Below, one piece after another: positions 11,412 to 23,700 of a stretch of 64,000 nt of DNA (within the stretch, counting starts at the first letter, position 1; every line of letters starts with the position of its first letter). The notes beneath the pieces were generated by a model that did not search any database, was not told the DNA's origin, and saw nothing but the letters and a program-made list of their open reading frames with translations. The stretch lies in NCBI GenBank assembly GCA_965235115.1, contig OZ249440.1, positions 33,110,001 to 33,174,000 of the forward strand, given 5' to 3'. Made by a program: the position numbers and the translations under genes. This stretch comes from Laetmonice hystrix (taxonomy: Eukaryota).

Positions 11412-14400
11412 ATGGAGGTGCCTGACAGTTCAACATCTTCAGTGAGTCCGAGTTTGGGCCCATACTGTGATCAACTCCAGATCCAGACATCAACTTTCCT
11501 CAAAGATCTAGAAAGAGTGGACCCGCATGGACTGAAAAATGGACACCTAGTGGAGATGTACACACATATCAGGTCAACCAAGATTCCTTGGTGTGAAGTT
11601 CAGCAGTCACTCATGATTGGCTCGCGAAAGGACTGGTCGGAAGTGCCCCGCTGGGTACTACCAAAAACATTCACTGGTAGGTATACATTCTCCCTTTTAG
11701 AATGCATATTACCAGTAAAATTTTGAATGAAGAATCTTACTTCAATATTACAGGTAATCTTTGAATGAGAAATATTATTTCAATATTAAGTACTCTCAGT
11801 GACAGGTCTTTAACAATGCGAAAAAAAGAGAGAAAGAAGCCAAACAAGTAAACTTAACTTTTTGTGTTAAATTATTGTTTCTACTTAGGATACACTGGGA
11901 ATTAGGTGAAGTGATCACTATAGATTCTTGGTTAATTATGCTTACTTTGTTCCAAAACGTGTTGCAGCTATCTACAGAAAGCAGCAGCATCTTGCAAAGT
12001 CCAAGACGAACAACAGAGGCCTGCAGGTCTACCAGGAGTGGCTACAACAACCAGCAGAGCTGTATCGCCAACCAGCCAAGAGGAAAGACAAAGCAGACAC
12101 TGCAGCTAGCGAGGAACCTGAGCGAAAGAGGCCATTATTTGATACACTGCCTGAAGACATTGCCCGTGAGACAAGTACAAAGTTGCGTCAAGATCTGTGG
12201 AGATTGCAGCAAATTGTTGAACAGAAGGACAAGACAATATCTCGACTTAAAAAAGCAAATGCTAGACTGAAGAAACACAATCAGGTTCTGCAGAACAGAT
12301 TGAAAACAGTGTGCCCAAAAAGGTGGAATCAAGCTCTGAAAAGAAAGGACTGCTCTATACAGAGGTGGAAGCACAAATACATGAGTGTTTCCACACTTGA
12401 AAAATCAAGAGAAGAGATGCTGAAGAAAATCGCGGAACTGACAGACAGTGTAAAGAAAGTGAAAGAAGCAAAGCAAAAGCAGCACAAGCGCTCTCAGAAG
12501 AAGCAACCTACTCAACGCAGTTTGCAACCGACATGGTCCAACATTCACACCAATGCCCTGAGACGTGCTACGAGTGAGGTCAGCTATCTGCAGAACGAAC
12601 TTCTTGTGCTCGAGTCCAATGCTGTACACAGCCCAACCATTCCTGTGCATGTCGATGGAAAAACTTTTACCAATGATATTCGTGAAGCATCGTACCAGTT
12701 GCAGTCCCTAGGTGTGTATTACTATTAGGCTATAGGTATTTGGTGTCATTCAAGGGGAGTATGTGCAAAACAGCTCAATTCCTTTTATATTTTTCACATC
12801 TTCGCTAGCCTCTTTGCAAGGAAAACATTCCACAATAGTAGTTGCCAGCCTTTAATTGGCTTGTGATGATGATTTTTACAACAGTAAATCAAGTAATCAC
12901 ATTCCCATTCACAGTCAGATTCACATTCCCAACAATCGCATGCAAAATCGTTTCTAATCGGCTTGTGTGACCATTGATTTGTGTTCTAGGTGTGGCAGAA
13001 GGGAAGGTGGCAGATGTTGTCCGTGTAGTGTGTGAGACAGTTGGACACCAAGAGTTGAGTGGACCCCTCCCATCATCCTCCACACAGGCCAAGTTCGCGG
13101 CTGAGATGAAGGTGTTGGCACGGCAACAGATCAATGAAGCAGTTCAGGGTAAGAACCACTTGGGTCTTCTTTTGTTGCATGTGTGTCTGTGAACACGTTT
13201 TAAAGTGATTAAAATTGTATTTGATACATTCTTGGTAATTTGTGGACTGTTTTACTAGTCTAATTGGCTGTCAAGGTTTCCATAGTTTGAAAAAAGGAGA
13301 AATTAGAAAAACTGTCAAACCTTCATTTAAAACTAAACCAAAATTAACACTCCATTTATTTCTACTGCTGCAGATGCTGGAAATAAAAACCTTACTCTTA
13401 AGTATGACGGTACAACCAAGGCTGGTGAGCATTTGACAGAAGTGGAGCTGGCTACTGGACACCAAACCCTGCTTGCAGGTAACTATTGAAATTACTCAAG
13501 ACTTTGCACAGAATTCTTTTTGGGATCTGAATATTTACAGGCCTTTTCAGGGTTCCTGCAGATCCTTAAAAAAGTCTTAAAATGTATATGTTTTTGTAAA
13601 ATAAAGGCTTTGAAAAGTCTTAAATTTTCTCAGCTCATAGCTACAAGAACCCTGCTTTCACTCAATCATACTTATCATAGGAAATGTAGTTTCTAACTTC
13701 CTGTAATATTTTACTGTGTTACTCAGGTGTACGTCGCCAGAGTGGGGCAGCAGCCTCTGATTATGTCAGCACCATCGTACAGAGCCTCGAAGACTGTGGT
13801 GGAGAGTCTGCAGATGTGCTGCAAAGTGTGTCAAACACAATGACTGACAGGTATAGTTCAATTAACTGCACATGTTCAGTTCATCATTTTACTTATTAAT
13901 TTTACAGTAAAATTTAGCTCATTACATGAGATTCCAGAATATACTAAAGATAACATGCATTCTGGAGTGCTCTAAAATAAGACCAGCAATTTACTGTGAT
14001 TGCCAGACATTTATGTAGCAGTTTGTCAAATGTGACCAAGGCCTAGTGGTTGGGAGTTTCTCCACTGTTCTATCCTTTCCTGTCACAGGTGTGTCACCAA
14101 CACTTGTGTTGACAGGGGGTTGGAGGAGCTGAAGGGAGGCCAGCTAAACAGTTTCCGGTGTGCTGCCCATCCTCTAGACACGTTTGCACATGCCTGCGAA
14201 TCAGCAGTCCGTGAATATCAGGTGCCCAACAATAATTACATGTAATAATAACAGTAGGGAGAGACAGTTTTGTTTTTACATTTTTTACTGGTAGCATCAG
14301 TGCACTCGGAGCCCCAGGTGTGACATTACATATTGATACTGTGGGAAGCGCAGAAAGTAACATTGCGGCATTGGTGTTGTAAAATGCAAGGTGCCTTAGC

Positions 14401-17019
14401 CGCTAAAACACTTGATGTCAACTGAGGCATGGCACACTCTATTGTCATTATATTGCCTGCCACGGCTCTTATAAGATCTTAAACACAGCTGCAATGTTAG
14501 TATTGCATTTCAGGGAGCACACTAGTGAATTTTGGGTCTTAGCCACAGTGGCTAACAACTGAGGAAAAGAACTCGCCACACGGAAAAAGTTTTAGCCACA
14601 GTATTGTTAAGGAAATGTTGTTTTTTTTATTTAGATTATATTAATTTCTCTGTATATTATAAAGTGTTTGCTGTTTCTTAAAAGAAAGGTACGTTGTGTG
14701 TACTTTCATTCGCTGTCATTTGCTGCCTGTGTGTAGTGACAGTTTTTTTTAAAGGAATGAGCTGTCTAGAGCTAGGATAACTCTACACAAGTGGCCCTCT
14801 CGGCAAGAATATCGGGATGTCTCAGTAGGGGCCCGGCCCACATTGAGGGGTACCATACCTAGGCTATATACCCCTTATTGCGGCGATCCCCCCTAACAAC
14901 CCCGACCCCACCCCATATTAAGCGGGCCGAGCTGACTCCCCACCTTCATGCCATGTGACCTGGTATCACCTGGCCTCTCCCAGCACATGAGGAGTGAGGG
15001 CCATGGCCAAGGGGTGACGGGCCAGCACTGAGGTCGGCGACCTGGGCAGTGCGTATATCTGGTACCCTGGCCTGGCGCACTGACCGGGCTGTGTGGATCG
15101 GTCACCATGGTCCCTGATCACCTACATGTGACACCTACACACAGTGCTTCACCCAGAGTCAATACATGTGGCGGATGAGCTGTGCGGGCTTTGAGAGAAA
15201 CGGCACTCCCGGGGGATACCTGGGCTATAAACTGGGGGATAGTGGAATTCGCACGCGTGGCGAATTTGTTGGTTTATTTTGGCAGTGGACCTCGCCACAA
15301 GCGGTAGGTATTCGCGTTTGCGAGCGTGGCGACCGCTAACGTACTCCCTGCATTTGTAGATCTCACATGTATGTAGATTTGTGCATCCATGCTGGCCATT
15401 CCATTGAGGTTTGCGCTTATGACTGCTGCTGCTTTTGGTATTTTAATGCTATAGGCAATTATTACGGTGGTTCTGCTGTTTAAAACCGTTTTAATTATGT
15501 AAAGATTTGATTAATTTTTCAGAAGGAGCATCCCTGTGACAGCTCTGGTGGCCGTACACAGCTCTTCACAAAGGGGTCAGAGAGTGTTACACACTGTCTG
15601 GTCCGGAAATTGTCTGACCTCTTCCACAATGACCAGACGGGCTGCCGTGAGCTGCGTTCTTCTCACCTGTCTGGAAAACACCCTACCATGGGAACCACAA
15701 AAGTATGGTTGGCACGGTTTGTGGGGAACCGTTTCAACATACTTCTCGTCAATGCTGGCAGAGCATTCCTGTTCAAGGAGGCACTCATCAAGTTTTTCCA
15801 GGACGTTCACACCCCAACAAATGATCTGCAGAGGTCACTCTTCAATACACTGGTCAAGGGTCACTGTACTGTGCCCTTGCGTGCCCTCGGACTTGTGGGT
15901 AAATTTTTCACTGGCCCCTGGCAGCAGTTGGTGGATCGCGACTTCACTATTCTACAGCTCAATGGGTACTTTGTTGAGGCCAGAAAGATGCTGCTTGAGT
16001 GGATTGAGCAGCCCATGGCACTTGTCAGAGGAGGAGCTAATGCAGCCTTTGGATGCATCACTCTGAAGAAGGATGCTGTGTTCGAGGCATTAACTATGAC
16101 AAGTGACTGTGACGCTGACACTGCACAGCTAGTACAAAGCATGTGCAAGAAGCTGCTGGAGGTTGTTGACCGGCAGCTTGCTGACCAGCTACCAGGAGGC
16201 AAATATTGGCAACCATCATCTGAGCTATTGGAACAGAGTCGCTCATGCCATGCTACTAACATCAGTGGTGAGCGCGTGTTTGGTCGCATAGACGCTGCAC
16301 TGAAGAAGGCCCCAAATGTTTCAACTGAAAAGGTCGAAGCAAAAGTCATGTTTGGAACTAATCAAACTAGTTCTTGGCTAGCTGCCAAATTGGACAGATA
16401 GAAGGGTGAAGCACTGCGCAGGGCTCGTGGGGAGGGGCGTGCTTTGCTGGGTGTTGAGAAGCAAAGGAAGCTCGAATACAAGGCCAAGGTGCAGGAGAAA
16501 CTGAGGTGTAAGAGGGTGGCACTAACTCAAAAAGAGGAGAAGAATCGAGATGTCACAGAGAAACTAATAGATGAAGTTCTTGACTTGGGGCTTTGGTCTG
16601 TTGGGGACATTGATGAAAAAATGGAAGGAAAGTCAGTCACCAGGCAGAAAATGGCACTGTGTGTTCAGGCCAAGGCACTCACCAAGGTTGTTGGCATCCG
16701 TGTGAACCAGAAGCTTGCACTATCAAAGGCAACTGTACAGCAACTCCGAGACTATGTGACTGTCTTGTTGTCTGAACAGTTATCTCCAGGTCAACAAGAA
16801 CTTGCTGATACCTTAAGAGACCCAGAGGTGATGGTTGGGAAACATGTTTGTCACACCTGGACTGTGGACGGCGAGAGGAGAGAGTATGAAGGAATAGTTC
16901 TGGGCTATGAGGAGGGCAGCGATGAGTTTCAAATCAAGTGTACCAAGGAGGAAGAACCTTATTTCATGAGCCGGTCTGAACTCCTCACTGACATCATTCG
17001 CGGGGACATGAAATTGTAA
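11412..17019 (+). pseudogene. Spliced hATw-like transposase with a C-terminal Spindlin/Tudor-like domain; disrupted by point stops
   Basis: Phase-consistent GT-AG exons ~11889-12711, 12990-13148, 13374-13478 (LKYDGTTK), 13727-13850 (TMTDR), 14089-14221 (FRCAAHP) and 15523-17019 (GNRFN, TNISGERVFG). An in-frame TAG at 16399-16401 separates ORFs 15610-16401 and 16444-17019. The 5' exon 11412-~11680 is less certain. Confidence 0.8.
14511..15350. mobile_element. Non-autonomous hAT-like element with 5-bp TSD, inside an intron of transposase A
   Basis: TIR CAGGGAGCAC / GTACTCCCTG; TSD CATTT at 14506-14510 and 15351-15355. Confidence 0.8.
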
Positions 17020-17032
17020 TCTAGCTGAAATT

Positions 17033-17195
17033 AGTGAGTAATTGTGGTTTTGCGTTGTGTCGGCATCCAGGGCCATCTTCACAGTGAAAACAGCGTAAAA
17101 AGACCATAAAATCAAAGGGACCTATTTTATCCCGTGCCCTAACAGGAATATCATTAAAACACACTCCATCCTGTCAGCCCAACAGGACTACCGAC
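17033..17195 (-). mobile_element. Short 5'-truncated 3'-UTR copy of the I/Nimb LINE family
   Basis: Matches 4513-4672 (ggcatcc.gggccatcttc, cctattttatccc, cactccatcctgtcagccc). Confidence 0.8.
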
Positions 17196-19175
17196 ATATC
17201 TAGGATTTCAAGAGGGCACGGTGCTCATCCAAAAAAGGGCATAGGGCCTATATATAGTAGAAAGGGCGTTTGAACAGAGTCTTCTAAGGCACAGGGCACA
17301 GTCTAGAGACTAGAGATGAATTAATTGCATGTTAATTTATCAGTTCGACGTAAGTACTACATTGGTGCTTCTGTGCATCTGATGTCAAAAAGTATAGCAA
17401 AAAATTCAAACCTTCCTTCCCAGGGCTATGTTCTGCAGTTGTGCCTCATTAAAATATCTTGCTTCATCAGTATACAGTATACATCAGTATACAGTTCTCA
17501 GCAACTAAAATAGATTTGGCTGCAAAAACATTCTGGTTGTGCATTTAGAATTAAATTTGACTGTTTTATTGCAAAAATGTTATTTTTTACCCGAAATTTG
17601 ACCTTGACCTTGAAAATATAAGCGTGACCTTGGTCGTGACCTTAACAAATAGTTTAGCCCTTTAGTGACTGCTAAAAATCATGATTTGTGCTTTAGAAGT
17701 GGACATCATTTAGGAAAAGTGCAGATAATAATGATAAATATAGTGTTACCTAGGCCAAGTGATACATCATTCTGAAGCTAATCACTTTTGGAATTAAACA
17801 GTTGTAACTTTGAAAAAAATTCGTGTTGCCATGGCAACAGAATGGGTTTCTGAATAATAGGGATATTTTTGAAAAATAACTATTTTTCTACCAATTTTTT
17901 AGTATATGCCTCAAAAATGCTAGAAATATTGGTTCTTTCTAAACCATATCTCAACAAAAATTGTTCCTTGCATCATTTCCTTTGATATAATACAAAATTT
18001 ATGTATATTGGACCATTATTAGCAAATTTACACCCATGTGACATATTACAGTGACGGAGGTATATTTGAGGATACACATGTATATCACGTGATCCATACT
18101 GCCAGTACTAGGATACAGCTGGGTCACATACCATATATTGAGTGTTTAAAGTGTAGCCTGGATCTCGTTAGGCGTATATATATGTTAATTTGGGGCATAT
18201 ACCAATTATTTGTTTGTTCTTTAAATATGGTTGCCATGGTAACGGAACTGTCCTAGTAACTGGCTGATATATATTATAATGACGATTTTTCTGGCTTTAC
18301 TAGAAATATGAATGAATTGAAAGTGGTTTTTTTTCAATGAATTGAAAGAGACATTGTTCCTTTAATTATTTTATATATTTCTAGTTGTTCAATGCAAAAT
18401 CTATGCATGTTGAAATACTAAATAGCAAATTTACACCCACGTGACATACTTCTTTGACTATTATTGTGAATATGTCACGTGACCCACACTTCCAGCACTC
18501 GGATACATGCAGGTCACTGTTGAAATGTGAAATAATCTGGAGATGGGACCATATTTTAATTTATTTCTCTTATTAAAAAAAAAATTACCTCAAAGGTCAA
18601 AGGTCACAGGGCATGAACTTTGGCTCAAGAATCATCGTTCATATTTGAACGATTTTACCATTGTCAGTCCTGATAGGGTTAAAATAGGAACAGGCAGTAA
18701 TTTTTATGTTTGTCTTGTTACAACTGAAGGTTCATGAGCCGTTTTTTGTAGAATCGTCACTTTGTGCCATGTTTTTTTTTTGAAAATTTGCCGTTAAGGA
18801 CGACCTTGAATCGGGGTCAAGGTTATGATCAAGGTCAAGTTGAAGGTCACTAGGCTGAAGGTGTTGGCCTACCCCATGATGTGTCCAAATATCAAAGTGC
18901 TAGCTTTATTATCCTCCTGACTGGGGGAGTTTGAAAAATGCCAATAATTAGCACTAATTATGCCATTTTTTCAATGGGAAATGGTCACAAAGGCTTCCTA
19001 TGTAATGCAATGGGCCTAATCGGACAATTAGCGAACAATAAAAGTCCTATATCTCTGTAACCGAGTGAGATATTAATGCCAAATAAAAAGTGTTTTCTTA
19101 TATTTTGCAAGGCCTTTCCCTTAAAATTGAAAAATAGGAGTAAAAAACAGTTTAAAATTTTATGTATTGTCCCTA

Positions 19176-19400
19176 TCAAAGGCACTGGTCTGTAGCTCAA
19201 CGAACACTTCAGCATAGAAACACGGAACAAAAGAGCAACGTTGCACAAAATCGCCAGCGAAGCAAGAAAGCAGGGCAAGAGGTCATCCCTAGTCAATGAC
19301 ACACTTATAATTGAGGATCGCCGATACACTGTCGATTCCCTACACACATTACCACCTGAGCTTCATCCGTCGGCTGAAAGCATGCACAATCTCGGACAGA
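19176..19400 (+). pseudogene. LINE ORF1, 3' part (continuation of 9730-10223)
   Basis: TGL*LNEHFSIETRNKRATLHKIASEARKQGKRSSLVNDTLIIEDRRYTVDSLHTLP resembles the C-terminal domain of this ORF1 type. Confidence 0.75.
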
Positions 19401-20729
19401 ACTCTATTCCCAGTCGACAAATTGAGGTCATCATGACATCACAGTGATCTCACATTAATCTCATCGAGATGTCACAGTGTGTGTTCACAGTGACCTAAAA
19501 TTGAAGCCCTACATAGACATCACACTGATGTCATAGTGATGACCTCACAGAACCCTCATACTGTGAGGTCACTGTGACATCACAATCGTCTCACACATTC
19601 CTCACTTTTGGGTCACTCTGTGACCCAATTCTGAATTTTACTGAATCAATAAAGCCATGAAAAACATGTAATAAGAACTATATCTTTATTCCAGAATCCA
19701 GAATAGAATTATACATGTCAATCTGGTGATTGCACCCCAATTTGACTTGGAAACTGTAATGTCAATTTGAAATGACAAATACACAATTCCAATCAGCAGC
19801 CTGCGCCTCCAAAAATGAAAATATCTGTTATCTGTTAGATATACATCTATACATTTATCTAACTTGCTTGGAGAACAACATTTATCCAACTTGCTTGTAG
19901 AACAAAATTTATTTAACTTGCTTGCAGAACCAATCTTCACCATTAGACTTAATATTGACTGTAAGGTACGGTAAGTGTATTTAGTTCAGTTAAGTATTTG
20001 GGACCATCCACAGTGCAGTGTCAAAATGGGGGTGTGGCCAAGACATTGTTTATGTCATCAAAAGTGTTTAAATCAGGCCATTTATTTCTTAGCTTTGAGC
20101 TAAAATATAACAAATACTTATATGAAGACATAAAATATGTTCGGTTTTGTCATTTTTTTTAGAAGAAAGAGCATCGTACTTGTCAGGATATGAGGGGTTT
20201 GACAGTGTAAATTGTGACATGAATGGACATCTTTTTTACCTTACAATTTTTACAACAAAAGCTGCTTTCTGGACTGAAATAAATAACTGTATGTGAAATG
20301 AGGTATGCCATTCTCTCAGTTCTTGTTGATTTTACGTTATTTTGAAGTCTGTAACAGTCTTTTTTTGCCACAAGAAAATGAGTGTCGCGGTCGTGACGAA
20401 TTCCGTCAAGTGACTTCATGTTATTGTCACAGGCGTTTTTACCATAAACAAGTGGTGGAATTAAATTATGTTTGAAAATCTTCAGTTCTGGTGTTAATCC
20501 TTCATTTAAATCCATGTCCGATCGTTGTCCCACCGTCACCTGCTAAGAACATCGCGTGTCAAACCTAATTTGCAAGGTTTCCCTCAATAAATCACCACCA
20601 CAACGGCTCTTTGACTTCCCCCTCCCCTTCACGGAATCCCCAGCTGAAGTAGGTCAGACAGATCACGTCATCAAGTACAGTGTGCACAAAAAACGATGAC
20701 GGGTGACCCACATCCTGAACGCAACAGCA

Positions 20730-23700
20730 ATGGCGGGAAGTTGGAGGTGAGTGGCATTGCCGTCAAACATTTTTGTGTGAAATAACGACCAAAACAAGCA
20801 TCACGACCAATGGTAGTGTGTCTTGCCGATGCCTTAGTACACGTAGATTTTACCTAGTGACAAGATTAGGCCTTGCTATCTGTGTGCAGCTCATCTTCTT
20901 TGCAGAAAAGCGTTGTGTAATGTTCATGACTAAGCCGTAGCTGGCATGTTTAGGTGCCTCACTCTGTTGCGGTCGCTATTCTTGACCAATGTAGGCGTGG
21001 TGATTTTTCAGTCAATAATCACGACCGAGCCATCAAACTCTTCATTTCACCAAAGGCAATGTCTTTCAGTAGTGCCAGACATTCGTTTAGGGTTGAAACT
21101 GAATTCACTTGCCATTGTAAGAAAGAAAGAGCACTTAGGCCTATGTTTTTTTTATAGAATGAATAGAATTTGCCAACGTAGTCATGCTGTTCGTTGTGGT
21201 CGTGATTGTTGACTAATTTATGTATTTGTCAACATCACTACCGTCACAATTAGGGTGTGATTCATTTTAATGGGCCTATCAAGAGAATAATGGTGTCAAT
21301 CTTAAGCTGTTAAAGGAAAATTACCTGATTATGGACCTCTTTTTTTGTGTATTTTATGCATATGCATGAAATAAAGTGACATTTCTTGGAATATTGTTTC
21401 GGTCATCACTTTTGACGTGATGTCAAACCATCTCCACTGTCACTCTGGATGAAAAGGTAAAAACTGTGCTGCTGGATTTCAGAACTGATTTTTATGTGGA
21501 ATCCAATCCATCTTGATTTTATTTCAAGGGTGTTGCTGCGATCGAAGCGAAATAAAAGTGGTGGTACCGGTGACTGCAAAGGCCCGCATGGGGGGCCTTT
21601 AAAAAGTTCACCAATGAGTACCGCTGAAAGGTCGAGACTGTTCCGTGCCCGGAGAAAAAAGAACTTGGCAAAATACAATGAGTGGGTATTTTGTTTATTG
21701 AATTAAATGTGTTATACAAATTACCAACATTAGGCGATACTTTAAAAAAATTGTTGTTCTTTCATTTTCTTGCCCCAGTGAGAGAATTCATTAACATTTA
21801 CTCCGGGTGCACACACCCCTCCCATTCTGATTGCCTTTCGTATCCCAACCTAATGTTCCTCAATGTAAATTCACCCTTTACACACTCCTGGCATGGAGAA
21901 CTTTGTAGAGTTTAGAGGCAGCTTTTCTCTATTACAATTTACATGTGCACAGAATATTCTGTATTGGTGAACTGTAGTAGTGGCAAGTCAACATACAATG
22001 TGGAGGTCTTCTTTTGAGTCTTGAGTGCAACCTGGAAAATGAGACAGATATTTTATTAGTGATGGCAGCTGATCCTAAGATGCAGGGGTGAACAATCCAA
22101 TTTTGCAGTGGTAGTCCAGTGGACTACTGCTGCCTCTGTTAACAAACTGTATTGGTAGATCAACATTTGAATCTTTGAGGAGGTTCCCAAAATTCTAAGA
22201 AGCCCAGTGGGCTATCACACTACACAAGTTTAGTACCCGGTAGCCCACATTGGTGGGTCCCAGACTTGTGGACTAGTTATTTGTTTGTTCATACTGAAAT
22301 CCTAATTTTTTTCAGATACCTTAAAAATGAGAGAGAAAGATCAAAAACCAGACGTCATATTCGCACTCCTGAATGCATTGCAATACAAAAGGAGCAGAAC
22401 AGAATGAGGTAAAACACAGTTTTTAATAAAGGACTAACCAAAAGATTATTTGGAAATTGAGAGAAATATTTCTCTTGAAAATTTTTTTGAGAGAGATCAA
22501 GCAGTTGTTGTGATAACTTTTCAATTTTTATTTATAATGTTCAACAATGAATTGAAACAATGAACTTCTTATATGATTTAATTGCAGGTCCAAGAAGTAT
22601 CGAGATAGGTGTGCAGCTTTGGGTAAAGTGCAGAAAACAAAAACCAAACCACTAACAAGGAAAGCAATAGAGGCAAAACGCAACTACAACCGAATAAAGA
22701 AGCGGGAATCTCGTGCAAGACAGGGACCACAGAAGAGGCGCAGGATCAAGGAGTATGACAGAAAAAGACACAAGAAGGAAGTAGTCGGAGTGTCGCAACC
22801 AAAGAAGAAGGTTTCTACAGATGCCCCCAAGGACACACAATTTTGCTCACCGGCAGCCAAAAGAAAAGCAGTGAGCGGTGTGAGGAAAGTCGTGCCTAAA
22901 GCTGCAAGTAAATTTGCTGATGTGGTGTCAAGTTTGCTTTCGCATGCATCACCAAATAAGAAAAGGGCACTGGAGAAGGTTGGCATCTGCTCCCCAAAGA
23001 AGGTGAAACTGATGAATGATACTTGCTTTGCTTTCAGGAAAACGGTTGGAGAACTTGGGAGATCCCGTAAAGGTGGAGCACGAAAAACTAGGCAGAACTT
23101 TGTTCACTCACTTATCAGACACTATGACAACCTTAAAGTAGCCAGAAAAGGTATTGGGGTGAGAAAGGCATTTCTTCTTAAATGTTCAGAACTTCCGGTG
23201 GAATCCAGGCGTTCAGACTCTCTGCCTGATGAAACGCTAACCAAGGTGAAGGACTTCTACATACGACCAGATGTGTCTGTGCAGCTTCCTGATGCTCGAA
23301 AAGTGAAGAATGGGAGCAGCCGCTACATCTTACAAAAGACCCTACATCAACATTACCAGGATTTCAAGGGTGAACATCCCAACACCAAGTTAGAAAGATC
23401 AAAGTTTGCTGCCTTGAAGCCACCTAATGTTAAGCCACAGACAAAGAGTGCTCTCAATGCATGTATCTGTGAACTGTGTGCAAACATTGAGCTTAAACTA
23501 CAGGCCATCCACAAGAAGAGCGCATCTCAACAGAGGCCTGATATTCGGGAAGCTACATCAAATCGGTTTGTTGCCAATAAGCTGACCCTCTGCCCAAAGC
23601 CAGAGTCCTCCCAGTATCACCAAAGAGAATGTGTTGAAAGGCATTGCCCCAAGTGTGGTGTCAAAAATCTACAGAAGATCTTGAAGCCATTGAGATCTGA

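Larger units (their letters stand above)
10224..19175 (+). mobile_element. hAT-superfamily (hATw-like) DNA transposon A, ~9 kb
   Basis: 7-bp TSD TCAAAGG at 10217-10223 and 19176-19182; short termini TAGGTAC...GTCCCTA. Removing it re-joins the LINE ORF1 (..RELKG|TGL*LNEHFS..). Contains a spliced DDE transposase. Confidence 0.85.

Noticed and set aside
19420..19640. TGAGGTCA/CTCACAGTG-rich stretch as a regulatory cluster
   Set aside because: More likely internal repeats of a decayed MITE; termini could not be defined.
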